Shown piece after piece: positions 9,595 through 20,281 of a stretch of 23,421 bases of DNA. Each line of letters starts with the position of its first letter. The stretch's first letter is position 1. The stretch comes from an uncultured Thermococci archaeon. GTDB taxonomy: Archaea; Methanobacteriota_B; Thermococci; Thermococcales; Thermococcaceae. The notes under the pieces are model-generated. The model ran no database searches. It was not told where the DNA came from and saw only the letters and a list, made by a program, of their open reading frames with translations. The position numbers and the translations under genes were made by a program. The stretch spans positions 1 through 23,421 of the forward strand of contig CAZTOS010000034.1 of assembly GCA_964615185.1 (NCBI GenBank). The letters are read 5' to 3'.

Positions 9595-10190
9595 TCGCCC
9601 ACCTCAAGGAGTTCCTTAGGAAGCTCGTTCTTTTTAAGTGTTAATGCAACATGGATTGCACTTTTAATGGCATCTGCTTTGTCTTCAGCCCATGTAACAA
9701 CGATTAAATCCCCTTCCTCTGGATTAAGCTTTTTCAAATCCTCAGCAAGCTTGGGAAGTGTTTCCTTTAATGGTCTTCCGTCTTCGGGGAATATGATCTC
9801 ACCATCTTTACAAACAAGAATCATAGCCCCCTTTGCAAAATAGCGAATGGCTTCGTCTCTAAGTTCTATGCTTTTAAATTGTGGTGGATTCTTGATAAGA
9901 AGAGCATAAGTGGGCATGTTTTCGACTTTCTCAACTTCAAGCGGCTCAGAGAATAAGACAGTTATTTGGGATAAAACTTTAAGACCATTTTCACTCAAAT
10001 AGTGCCCCTTTTGTTTTGATTCAATTAATTCTAATTTTGCAAGCTTCTTCAAAAGGGTCCTAACGCTTCCTTCACCAAGGTCAAGCTCCTCAGAAATCTG
10101 CTTTCTTCCTCTCGGAGTTTTTAAGAGAAAAAGTGTTGCAATCGCATCTTCAAGGGTAAACTCAGGATAAGCACCTCTCTTCCAGCTCAT
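9591..10190 (-). CDS. wHTH-containing protein (DUF4443-like)
   Basis: GRKQISEELDLGEGSVRTLLKKL HTH and IELRDEAIRYFAKGA. Start ATG 10190 after GAGGTGAGG; overlaps pyrF start. Confidence 0.7.
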   Translation of the reverse strand: MSWKRGAYPEFTLEDAIATLFLLKTPRGRKQISEELDLGEGSVRTLLKKLAKLELIESKQKGHYLSENGLKVLSQITVLFSEPLEVEKVENMPTYALLIKNPPQFKSIELRDEAIRYFAKGAMILVCKDGEIIFPEDGRPLKETLPKLAEDLKKLNPEEGDLIVVTWAEDKADAIKSAIHVALTLKKNELPKELLEVGE

Positions 10191-10304
10191 TTCCTCACCT
10201 CTCAGAATTGTCTCTCTTAGCTGATAAATAAATGTTTTTATCACCAAACATGCTTGATAATAGTACTACCTGAGAACAAAGTTAAGAAAAGGCGGAAAAA
10301 TGCT

Positions 10305-11990
10305 TCAGAATATCAATGGTGCCCTGTATTCGCCCCAGACTTCTCTTAGAACGTCAGTAACCTCACCAAGCGTCGCCAAGTGTCTGTGTGCTTCAATAAT
10401 GTATGGCATTAAGTTCACATCCTCCCTCTCAGCAGCATTCCTCAACTTATCCAAAGCCTCTTCAACCTTCTTGTTGTCCCTTTCGCTCCTCAACTTCTTC
10501 AAGCGCTCAATCTGCTTGTCCCTAATGCTTGGATCAACCTTGAGAATCTCAACCTCAACCGGCTCATCCACGACAAACTTGTTGACGCCAACAATAATTC
10601 TCTTACCCTCCTCAACTTCCTTCTGATACTTGTAAGCTGAATCTGCAATCTCCTTCTGGATGTAACCGCGTTCAATGGCTCTCATCATTCCACCCATGCC
10701 CTCAATCTTCTCAATGTACTTCATAGCCTCCTCCTCAATGTGATCAGTAAGCCACTCAATGTAATACGCTCCACCCAATGGGTCAACGGTATCAACAACC
10801 CCACTCTCATAAGCGATAATCTGCTGCGTTCTTAAGGCAATCCTAACACTCTTCTCCGTTGGTAAGCTTAAAGCCTCATCATAACTATTCGTGTGCAATG
10901 ATTGTGTCCCACCCAATACTGCAGCTAAAGCCTGAATCGTGACCCTAATGATGTTATTCTCAGGCTGTTGAGCCGTAAGCGTCGAACCACCCGTTTGAGT
11001 GTGGAATCTGAGGAGCATTGATTTTGGATTCTTCGCCCCAAACTTCTCCTTCATTATCTTAGCCCACAACCTCCTTGCCGCCCTAAACTTTGCAATCTCC
11101 TCAAGGAAGTTGTTATGAGCCGCAAAGAAGAAGCTCAACCTTGGCGCAAACTTATCAACATCCATACCCCTCTCCAGCACTGCCTTAACGTATTCAATAC
11201 CATCAGCCAAAGTGAAGGCAACCTCTTGAACAGCATTAGCACCAGCTTCCCTAATGTGGTAACCGCTAATGCTGATGGGATTCCACTTTGGAACATTCTC
11301 AGCACAATACATGATGATATCCGTCGTAAGTCTCATCGAAGGTTGTGGCGGGAAAATGTAAGTTCCTCTCGCAATGTACTCCTTGAGGATGTCATTCTGC
11401 ACAGTTCCCCTTAAAACGTGTTGTGGGACGCCTTGTTTTTCGGCAACGAGGATATACATTGCCAGCAAGTTGGCGGCTGTGGAGTTGATTGTCATTGAGG
11501 TTGAAACCTTATCTAATGGAATCCCGTCAAAGAGGATTTCCATATCCCAGAGAGAATCAATGGCGACTCCAACCTTACCAACCTCGCCCTCAGCCATTGG
11601 ATGATCACTATCATAACCAAGCTGGGTTGGCAAGTCAAAAGCCACGCTTAAACCTGTTTGCCCCTGCTCCAAAAGGTATTTATAACGCTTGTTCGATTCT
11701 TCTGCCGTAGCATAACCCGCGTATTGCCTCATTGTCCAGAATCTTCCCCTATACATTGTTGCGTAGACACCACGAGTGAAGGGGTATTGTCCGGGAAAGC
11801 CGAGTTTTTCCAAATAATCCCAGTTTTCAAGGTCTGCCGGCGTGTAAACCCTCTTAATCTCAAAACCATCATCCGTCATGAACTTCTCCTTTCTCTCTGG
11901 TCTCTTTGCAATCAAAGGTTTAACCACCTTCTCCTCCCACTCCTGCTCAGCCTTCTTAATCTCCTCAAGCTTTCTCTTATCGAAAGTCAT
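10305..11990 (-). CDS. Methylmalonyl-CoA mutase, catalytic (substrate-binding) subunit
   Basis: [47 protein letters not shown]. No C-terminal DxHxxG B12 domain (split enzyme). Start ATG 11990 after GGTGAT. Confidence 0.94.
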   Translation of the reverse strand: MTFDKRKLEEIKKAEQEWEEKVVKPLIAKRPERKEKFMTDDGFEIKRVYTPADLENWDYLEKLGFPGQYPFTRGVYATMYRGRFWTMRQYAGYATAEESNKRYKYLLEQGQTGLSVAFDLPTQLGYDSDHPMAEGEVGKVGVAIDSLWDMEILFDGIPLDKVSTSMTINSTAANLLAMYILVAEKQGVPQHVLRGTVQNDILKEYIARGTYIFPPQPSMRLTTDIIMYCAENVPKWNPISISGYHIREAGANAVQEVAFTLADGIEYVKAVLERGMDVDKFAPRLSFFFAAHNNFLEEIAKFRAARRLWAKIMKEKFGAKNPKSMLLRFHTQTGGSTLTAQQPENNIIRVTIQALAAVLGGTQSLHTNSYDEALSLPTEKSVRIALRTQQIIAYESGVVDTVDPLGGAYYIEWLTDHIEEEAMKYIEKIEGMGGMMRAIERGYIQKEIADSAYKYQKEVEEGKRIIVGVNKFVVDEPVEVEILKVDPSIRDKQIERLKKLRSERDNKKVEEALDKLRNAAEREDVNLMPYIIEAHRHLATLGEVTDVLREVWGEYRAPLIF

Positions 11991-12122
11991 CGGGATCACC
12001 AGATGAGCTTTAGCTCTTAACATATAAAAACCTTTTACATACCTAAAGGTTTAATTTGACATCGGATATTTTATCCATATCTGAGAAAAGCTTAATTCTC
12101 CTCAAGCACATCTTAATACTTG

Positions 12123-12992
12123 ATGATAATTAGGGGAATAGGTCTTGACAGTTCAGCAAGAATAGCATTTCAAAGCCATGCGCATGCTGATCATTTTGTT
12201 AGTGGAGATGTCATATTCTCCACAAAGGCAACTAAATTTTTGAGCCATCTGAAGAAAAGCGGATTCTATAAAGTAGTACCTTTTAGAAAGACCTTTTACA
12301 TCGGTGATTACAAAGCCAAGCTCTACCCAGCAGGGCATATGCTGGGGTCTGCCCAGATTTACATTGAGCTTGATGGATTTTCTCTGCTCTATACAGGAGA
12401 TGTCAAATGGTTTAAGCTTAGAACTGCTGAGAAGAGCAGATTCAGAAAAGCTGATGTTCTGATAATTGAGGCGACTTTTGGTATTCCCATGTATAATTTT
12501 CCCTCACCAAAGGAGGCAGAAAAGAAGCTCATTGCTTTTGTTGAGAATGTTCTTGACAGAGGAGAAACACCAAAACTTTATGCTAATCAGATGGGCAAAG
12601 CTCAGGAACTCTTGAAGATCCTTGACGTTCACGGTTATACAGTAAGGGCATCAAGAAACATAGTTAAAGTCGCAAAGATTTATGAAAAATTTGGGATTAA
12701 ATTTAAAAACATAGATAAAGATGGAGAAGTGCTTTTAGTGGGATTTAAGGGTGCTAAACCCAAAAATTTGCTATCCTCTCACGAACTTTACGTTTCGGGT
12801 TTTGGTAACCTAAAGCTCAGCAACCATGCCGACTTTTGGGAGCTTATGAAAATTATAGAAACAGTCAGACCAGAGAAAATTTACACCGTTTATGGACATG
12901 CTGAAGAATTTGCAAGGATTCTAAGGGGTATGGGGTACAATGCATCAGCCATAGACCGGAGTTGTCATTTGCAATGTCACAAAAATATTTAA
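12123..12992 (+). CDS. Short MBL-fold beta-CASP-type nuclease
   Basis: SHAHADH, AGHMLGSA, YTGD, EATFG, SNHAD, VYGH motifs. Confidence 0.85.
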   Translation: MIIRGIGLDSSARIAFQSHAHADHFVSGDVIFSTKATKFLSHLKKSGFYKVVPFRKTFYIGDYKAKLYPAGHMLGSAQIYIELDGFSLLYTGDVKWFKLRTAEKSRFRKADVLIIEATFGIPMYNFPSPKEAEKKLIAFVENVLDRGETPKLYANQMGKAQELLKILDVHGYTVRASRNIVKVAKIYEKFGIKFKNIDKDGEVLLVGFKGAKPKNLLSSHELYVSGFGNLKLSNHADFWELMKIIETVRPEKIYTVYGHAEEFARILRGMGYNASAIDRSCHLQCHKNI

Positions 12993-13016
12993 TATCAAAC
13001 ATACAAACAAGTAACC

Positions 13017-13433
13017 ATGAAATATATCAGTCATAAGCGATACAACCCTCGTAGACATATTTTTCTGAATCATCTACTCATTACACACAAGAAAAAGGCA
13101 ATCCGAAAGAAAGAGCTTGTCTACGAAATGAAAATACAAAAGCTCCAAGACATGATAGATGCCCTAAGTGGATGGATAGAAATCGCAGAAATAGATAAAA
13201 ACCTAAAACATTCTTTCCTATATAATCTGAAGGGGTTTAATGAATTTCTGACAAGTTTCCTTACACGCTCCACCATGAACAACCTTAACTATTATACACT
13301 AAAAGATTGGGAGAATAAAATTGATTTGCTGGCAAAAGAAATTCTGAAAAAGAGAAATCTCTTTTTTAAACTTCTGTACTCCAGGTTTAAGCTTTCTTTA
13401 GATGAACTTTATAGAGAGCTGGGCATTAAATAA
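13017..13433 (+). CDS. Hypothetical helical protein
   Basis: 138-aa ORF; AAAAATATTTAAT TATA-like sequence about 25 nt upstream (leaderless-type). No recognisable motif; alternative start at 13128. Confidence 0.55.
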   Translation: MKYISHKRYNPRRHIFLNHLLITHKKKAIRKKELVYEMKIQKLQDMIDALSGWIEIAEIDKNLKHSFLYNLKGFNEFLTSFLTRSTMNNLNYYTLKDWENKIDLLAKEILKKRNLFFKLLYSRFKLSLDELYRELGIK

Positions 13434-13645
13434 CCGACCTCCTCCCCATCTTGAGAGTTCCAACGAGAACTCCTCGTTAATGGACAGTTCGGTTTACGGG
13501 TCTATCACCTCGCCCAGAGTTTTTAACTGCTCAAGGGCAGTTTGAAAGGACGCCACATACGAAACCCCTTTGAAGAGTATGGTGGCTTTTTCAATGCCAT
13601 TTCACTACCTCTCTGCATCTCCCACCCTGAGGCCTTCATGAGGTA
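13434..13645 (-). mobile_element. Non-autonomous IS200/IS605-type relic or structured RNA ending in a right-end motif
   Basis: Minus strand ends GGGGAGGAGGTCGG. The 12-mer GACCTCCTCCCC (13436-13447) recurs at 23369-23380. Three hairpins; no TnpA or TnpB ORF. Confidence 0.65.
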
Positions 13646-13676
13646 ATAGATTTAAATAGTCTTTGAGATAAAATAA

Positions 13677-15050
13677 ATGAAGGTGAGAAAAATGAAAACA
13701 GGAATCGAATTCTTTGATAAAGCTATCATCAAAAATGGATTTCCAGAGGGGTCTTTAATTTTAGTGGCAGGAGAGCCCGGCACTGGAAAAACTATTTTTA
13801 CATCGACTATAATTTATAATGGGCTTGAAAAATTTGGAGAAAAAGGCATGTACATCTCACTCTCCGAAACAAAAAACGACTTCTACAGCGAAATGGATAG
13901 ATTGGGCATGAATTTTAAAAAATATGAGAAAACTGGGCTTTTTAAGTTTATGGATTTGGTCGCGGTAACCCCAGATGCTATTGAAAAGGAAATCGAGGTA
14001 ATTATGAAAGAAATTCTAAGCTTTCAACCGAGACGGATTGTTATAGACTCAATCAGTGCACTTACACAACTTTTGGGCGCAGATAAAACCAGAATATTCC
14101 TGCATACAACCCTGGGGCGGTTTATTAAATCCTTCGGAGCGGTTGCTTTCCTGATTGCAGAAAAACCTCTAGGAAAGGAAACAATCGGGTATGGAGTTGA
14201 AGAATTCGTAGTGGATGGGGTTATAGTACTCAAATATATCAGCCTGGGAGAGGTGAGAAGGAGGGTCATGGAGATTCCAAAGATGAGAAAGAGAAGCATT
14301 GAGAAGTCCCAATATGAATACGTAATAACAAACCGTGGAATTGAGTTCTTGGTTATTCCAGAGCTCATTAGAGGCGAAGAAGAGGCTTCAGAAGAAAAAG
14401 TAAGTACTGGTATAAGAGAACTTGACACAATTTTAGATGGTGGGGTTTACAAAGGCTCGATAACATTAATTGTCGGAATGACTGGAACTGGAAAAACAAC
14501 TTTTGGTTTACATTTTGCAATAGCAAATGCCATTCAGGGAAAGAAGGCAGTGTATATTTCTTTTGAAGAACCTGTAGGTCAGCTGAAGAGGGCGGCAAGA
14601 AGGTATGGAATGCCAATTGACGAAATATTAGATAAGACATTGAAGCTGTTCAGCTGGGTTCCTGAGGCAAAAACACCAGTACATACTTTTCTTAAGATTA
14701 AAGAAATAATTGATGAGCATAAACCAGACGTTCTTGTAATTGACAGCTTGACCTCGCTCCGGGAACACATGGATGAGATAGAACTTGAAAAGATGCTCAG
14801 ATACCTAAGTCTTATAATAAAACAACATGAAGCGGCAACATACATAACCCTTAATGCAGAGACAGATTTTGAGACGATCCCATTCACCGGGGCGAGTACT
14901 CTTTCAGATAATATCATTGGACTGAAATACATTATAAAAAATGAGTTCATGGAGAAAAGATTAGCAGTTATTAAAGCCAGAGGATCCAATCACTCCAGAA
15001 AGATTCACAAATATGAAATAACTGACAAGGGGGTGAGGATTTATGAGTAG
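13677..15050 (+). CDS. Double-domain KaiC-like ATPase
   Basis: Two RecA-type domains: GEPGTGKT / IVIDS / EEFVVDGVIVL and GMTGTGKT / SFEEP / LVIDS / ASTLSDNIIGL / KARGSNHS. Confidence 0.9.
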   Translation: MKVRKMKTGIEFFDKAIIKNGFPEGSLILVAGEPGTGKTIFTSTIIYNGLEKFGEKGMYISLSETKNDFYSEMDRLGMNFKKYEKTGLFKFMDLVAVTPDAIEKEIEVIMKEILSFQPRRIVIDSISALTQLLGADKTRIFLHTTLGRFIKSFGAVAFLIAEKPLGKETIGYGVEEFVVDGVIVLKYISLGEVRRRVMEIPKMRKRSIEKSQYEYVITNRGIEFLVIPELIRGEEEASEEKVSTGIRELDTILDGGVYKGSITLIVGMTGTGKTTFGLHFAIANAIQGKKAVYISFEEPVGQLKRAARRYGMPIDEILDKTLKLFSWVPEAKTPVHTFLKIKEIIDEHKPDVLVIDSLTSLREHMDEIELEKMLRYLSLIIKQHEAATYITLNAETDFETIPFTGASTLSDNIIGLKYIIKNEFMEKRLAVIKARGSNHSRKIHKYEITDKGVRIYE

Positions 15051-15342
15051 TGCCGAAGATATAGTAGTCAGGGCTGTAACTTATGCCGTGGAAAAGGCAA
15101 ATCCCACTCTCAAAAATCTTTTAGAATTTCACTTGAAGAACACAACAGGAAAGGGTTATGAACTTGCCTATGAGAATCCAAAAAAGTTTAAAGAAGCTGT
15201 TTCAAAACTTTTTGGGGAATATAGCGGGAGACTGCTTGAAATGCTGGTCATAAGTTACTTCAGGGAAAAAGTCGGACTCAAGGAGAACATAGAAAATCTG
15301 GAAGACCTCGTAGAGCATGTTAAAAGGATTTATGGGGAGTGA
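15043..15342 (+). CDS. Small helical protein (DUF3227-like KaiC-associated domain)
   Basis: 99 aa, overlaps kaiC stop, GGGGGTGA RBS; LEFHL...YENPKKFKEAVSKLFGEYSGRLLE pattern. Confidence 0.7.
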   Translation: MSSAEDIVVRAVTYAVEKANPTLKNLLEFHLKNTTGKGYELAYENPKKFKEAVSKLFGEYSGRLLEMLVISYFREKVGLKENIENLEDLVEHVKRIYGE

Positions 15343-15344
15343 AG

Positions 15345-16055
15345 ATGGAGATCAATCCTCTCGAAATTTTAGAAGAGTCTTCTAAGAGAATAAGCCCAAC
15401 ACTTATTGAATATGAAATTGGGAGTGAAGTTGAGATAGTCCTTTACACGCTAATAGGAAAGCTCAGACAAGAATATCAGAACTTCATCATAATATCCTTC
15501 CATGATGCATACCTGGTCTTGAGAAGGTATCTTGAAAATATATTTTCTATAGATGAGATAAATGCAGTGTTTAATGGGGCCCATCTAATTTCAGTAAATC
15601 CCATTCTTGAAACTGAGGAAAATAACCCCCAGAATATAATCAAAAGCACGCATCATGATATCATCGTTGGACGAATCTTGGAAACTACATCAAGGATAAA
15701 AGAAGAATCTTTATTTATAGTGCTGGGATTGGACTTTTTTGGAATTAGAATTGGGGAAGAAGAGCTTATAGACTTGTTCCCTGCATTAGTATCGACCATA
15801 GGACGAAAGAAGAGCAACAATGTGATAATGACACTTAATGTCAAAGTCTTTCCTCAGAGTCTTGTAGAGATTGTAAATAGCTTCGCATTTAATGTTGCTC
15901 ACCTTGGAATTGAACTCCACGACAAGGACATTAAAAGGTATATAACCCTCATTCGCACAGTATTCTTAGAGTACAATCTTAAAACGTGGTACTACACGCT
16001 CCTTGGAAAAAAACTTGTATTTAAGCATGTAAACTCTGAGGGGCTAATTTTTTAA
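15345..16055 (+). CDS. Degenerate RecA/KaiC-fold protein (DUF257-like), no Walker A
   Basis: TLIEY, FIVLGLD and a C-terminal NVAHL...KRYITLIRT...YYTL strand pattern that parallels the KaiC domain end. GGGGAG RBS; alternative GTG start at 15339. Confidence 0.6.
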   Translation: MEINPLEILEESSKRISPTLIEYEIGSEVEIVLYTLIGKLRQEYQNFIIISFHDAYLVLRRYLENIFSIDEINAVFNGAHLISVNPILETEENNPQNIIKSTHHDIIVGRILETTSRIKEESLFIVLGLDFFGIRIGEEELIDLFPALVSTIGRKKSNNVIMTLNVKVFPQSLVEIVNSFAFNVAHLGIELHDKDIKRYITLIRTVFLEYNLKTWYYTLLGKKLVFKHVNSEGLIF

Positions 16056-16101
16056 GCCCTATCTTTTCTTTTAGTTTTAAATCCCAAAGAAGGTGATAAT
16101 C

Positions 16102-17073
16102 ATGGAAATCAACTTAGATGAGCAGAAGACCGTGAGGGATATAAAGCTAAAACATGGAATGAGTGTGAACGAAATAACAAAACAGCTCTTCGAGAGTGGC
16201 GGCTTCGTTGCAAAGAAGTTTGCAATAGCGGTTGACATACTTGAGAGGATGATAAAAGATAAAGATGCATTTAAGTTTCTAAGTTTCCCTGCATGCATAA
16301 TGGCAACCGGAACAAGAGGGATAATTGTAGATCTGATTAAAAATAAGCTCTTCGATGCTATAATTACAACCTGTGGAACGTTAGATCACGATTTAGCAAG
16401 ACTATGGAAGCCGTATTATCATGGAAGCTTTCTAATGGATGATAGAGAACTTCACAAACAGGGGATAAACAGATTGGGGAACGTCTTGGTACCTAACGAC
16501 AGCTACTGGATTGTTGAGGAAAAACTGCAAGGGATCTTCCAAGATATTTATGATTCAGGCAAGAGGAGATTGGCAACATATGAGCTTGTATGGGAAATTG
16601 GAAAGCGCTTAGAAAACGAAGAAGACAGAGAGAACTGCCTTACTTACTGGGCATATAAAAATAAAATTCCAGTGTTCATCCCCGGCATTACCGATGGGGC
16701 AGTTGGCTACCAACTCTGGCTTTTCATGCAGGATAAAGATGACTTTATCATTGATGTTTTCAGAGATGAGACAAAGCTTGATGAGATAATGGCATCATTG
16801 GCTTCAAACAACAAGAAGAGCGGCGCTTTGATGATTGGTGGAGGAATTTCAAAGCACCACACAATATGGTGGAATCAGTTCTGGAAAGAAGGCCTTGACT
16901 ATGCTGTTTATATAACAACAGCAGTTGAATGGGATGGCTCATTGAGCGGTGCAAGGATGAGAGAAGCAGTCTCATGGGGTAAAGTCAAGGAAGATGCAAG
17001 ATACGTTACTGTTGAAGGTGATGCAACCGTTTTGCTACCGTTCATGATTGCCTCTCTGCTGGAAAGACTTTGA
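16102..17073 (+). CDS. dys: Deoxyhypusine synthase
   Basis: GINRLGNVLVP, PGITDG, IGGGISKHH, WDGSLSGA, EAVSWGK (active-site Lys); ATG 16102 after AGGTGAT. Confidence 0.93.
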   Translation: MEINLDEQKTVRDIKLKHGMSVNEITKQLFESGGFVAKKFAIAVDILERMIKDKDAFKFLSFPACIMATGTRGIIVDLIKNKLFDAIITTCGTLDHDLARLWKPYYHGSFLMDDRELHKQGINRLGNVLVPNDSYWIVEEKLQGIFQDIYDSGKRRLATYELVWEIGKRLENEEDRENCLTYWAYKNKIPVFIPGITDGAVGYQLWLFMQDKDDFIIDVFRDETKLDEIMASLASNNKKSGALMIGGGISKHHTIWWNQFWKEGLDYAVYITTAVEWDGSLSGARMREAVSWGKVKEDARYVTVEGDATVLLPFMIASLLERL

Positions 17074-17135
17074 TTCTACTCTACTTTTTATACCTCAATA
17101 TCAAAACCTTATTAAACTTCAAAAGCTAATTCCTA

Positions 17136-17200
17136 ATGCCCAGGGAGTACCGCCGAAGGCGGAGTCGATGAACTTGGGCGGGTTATTGCCCCCATCAATT
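17136..17200 (+). ncRNA. Putative structured small RNA
   Basis: GC-rich island in an AT-rich spacer. Stems GCCCAGG/CTTGGGC and CCGCC-GAA-GGCGG; BRE-TATA-like AAAACCTTATTAAA at 17103-17116. Confidence 0.5.
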
Positions 17201-17296
17201 CTCAGAAATTCAAGTTAAGTGAAATAAACCCTCTAAAGTGCCAATAAGCACTTACAAAAAGCTGAAATTAAAAAAGCAAGAATAAAGGGAAAGAGT

Positions 17297-18544
17297 TCAC
17301 ATGCCCAGTTCTTCTTTAATGGTCTCAGCAAGTTTTTGGATTCCAATCTTAATCCTCTCCTCGTCAACGTATGTGAAGTTCAGACGCATTGTATTCTTGA
17401 CGTCTCTGTATGCAAAGAATGCCTCTCCTGGGACATAGGCAACACCTTTTGCAACTGCTTTTTCAAGCATAGATTTTGTATCAATGCTCTCTGGGACAGT
17501 TGCCCAGACAAACATACCACCCTCAGGCTTTGTCCACTCAACACCCTCTGGCATGTAATCCTCAAGGGCATCAAGCATTGCATCCCTCTTTGGCTTATAG
17601 AACTCAATTATCTTTGGTATGTGCTTCTCTAAGAGTCCTTTTTCAAGGAACTTCCATGCAATAACTTGACCAAATGGATTTGTACAGAGATCAACTGCTT
17701 GCTTGGCAATCTCAATCTTCCTTATGAAGTGCGGCTCCCCAGCTATCCAACCAAGCCTGAAACCCGGAGCAAGTATCTTTGAAAATGTTCCAAAGTAGAA
17801 TACCCTTCCCTCGCTGTCAAACTTCTTTATTGGTGGAACTGGCTTCCCTGAGTAGCGAAGTTCACCATATGGGTCATCTTCAACAATGAGGAAGTCATAT
17901 TCACTTGCAAGCTCTACAAGGTATTTCCTCCTCTCCTCGCTCATGGTAACTCCTGCAGGATTCTGGAATGTGGGTACCGTATACACAAATTTGATCTTCT
18001 TGCCCTCCGAGTTGAGCTTTCTCAGCTTTTCTTCAAGGAGATCAACCCTCATTCCCTCATCGTCAAGGGGAATTTGGATGAACTTTGGATCATAGTACTT
18101 GAATGCATTTAATGCTGCTAAATATGTTGGAGCTTCAACTACTACCAAATCACCTGGATTAATGAATGTCCTTCCCATTAAGTCTAAGGCCTGCTGTGAG
18201 CCAGAGACTACCATGATGTCAACCTTTGAAATTGGAATTCCATACCTGTCCCTTAACCATTCTGCTATTTTAAGCCTCAATGGCGTGAATCCTTTTGTTG
18301 TCCCGTATTGCAACGCTTTATCAGCATGTTCCTCAATAACTTCCTGGGCGATCTGTTTGATCTCCTCCTTTGGAAATGTTGCTGGATTTGGCAATCCTCC
18401 AGCCATTGAGATTACATCGGAAGTTTCAACCAGCTTTAAAAGCTCTCTAATCTCAGAAGCTTTCATTTTCAAGGCCTTTTCCGAGAAATAACTCTCATAA
18501 TCTAATGTCTTGGATTCTAATCTTTTTTGAAGCACTTCCTCCAT
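17297..18544 (-). CDS. Class I PLP-dependent aminotransferase (multi-substrate / 2-aminoadipate type)
   Basis: ISMAGGLP, LQYGTTKG, PTFQNPAG, EDDPYGEL, GTFSKILAPGFRLGW; start ATG 18544. Confidence 0.93.
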   Translation of the reverse strand: MEEVLQKRLESKTLDYESYFSEKALKMKASEIRELLKLVETSDVISMAGGLPNPATFPKEEIKQIAQEVIEEHADKALQYGTTKGFTPLRLKIAEWLRDRYGIPISKVDIMVVSGSQQALDLMGRTFINPGDLVVVEAPTYLAALNAFKYYDPKFIQIPLDDEGMRVDLLEEKLRKLNSEGKKIKFVYTVPTFQNPAGVTMSEERRKYLVELASEYDFLIVEDDPYGELRYSGKPVPPIKKFDSEGRVFYFGTFSKILAPGFRLGWIAGEPHFIRKIEIAKQAVDLCTNPFGQVIAWKFLEKGLLEKHIPKIIEFYKPKRDAMLDALEDYMPEGVEWTKPEGGMFVWATVPESIDTKSMLEKAVAKGVAYVPGEAFFAYRDVKNTMRLNFTYVDEERIKIGIQKLAETIKEELGM

Positions 18545-18785
18545 ACCACAACCCCCAATTTTTGTGATGCACAAGTTTGAACACGTCATCAATTTTATAC
18601 ATAGAAAGCTTTGTGACGATTAAATATAAAGCTTTCGGCATTGGTCGTGAATGCCCTTTATGTATGTAAACAAAAAGTTCGTCATTATTTTAAGTACATC
18701 AAAGATCTTTAGAGAACATTAATGAACAAAAGTGAAAATCCTAAGGGTGAAATATATAAAGTCCCATGAGAAAAATAAGCTTTAA

Positions 18786-20272
<1,487 letters not shown>

Positions 20273-20281
20273 TGAATCACC

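Noticed and set aside
11991..12122. Cobalamin riboswitch upstream of methylmalonyl-CoA mutase
   Set aside because: The spacer is short, AT-rich and filled by divergent promoters; no B12-box.
13523..13639. 38-aa minus-strand ORF (MKASGWEMQ...) inside the structured element
   Set aside because: No TnpB RuvC/zinc-finger motifs or RBS; structure explains the region better.
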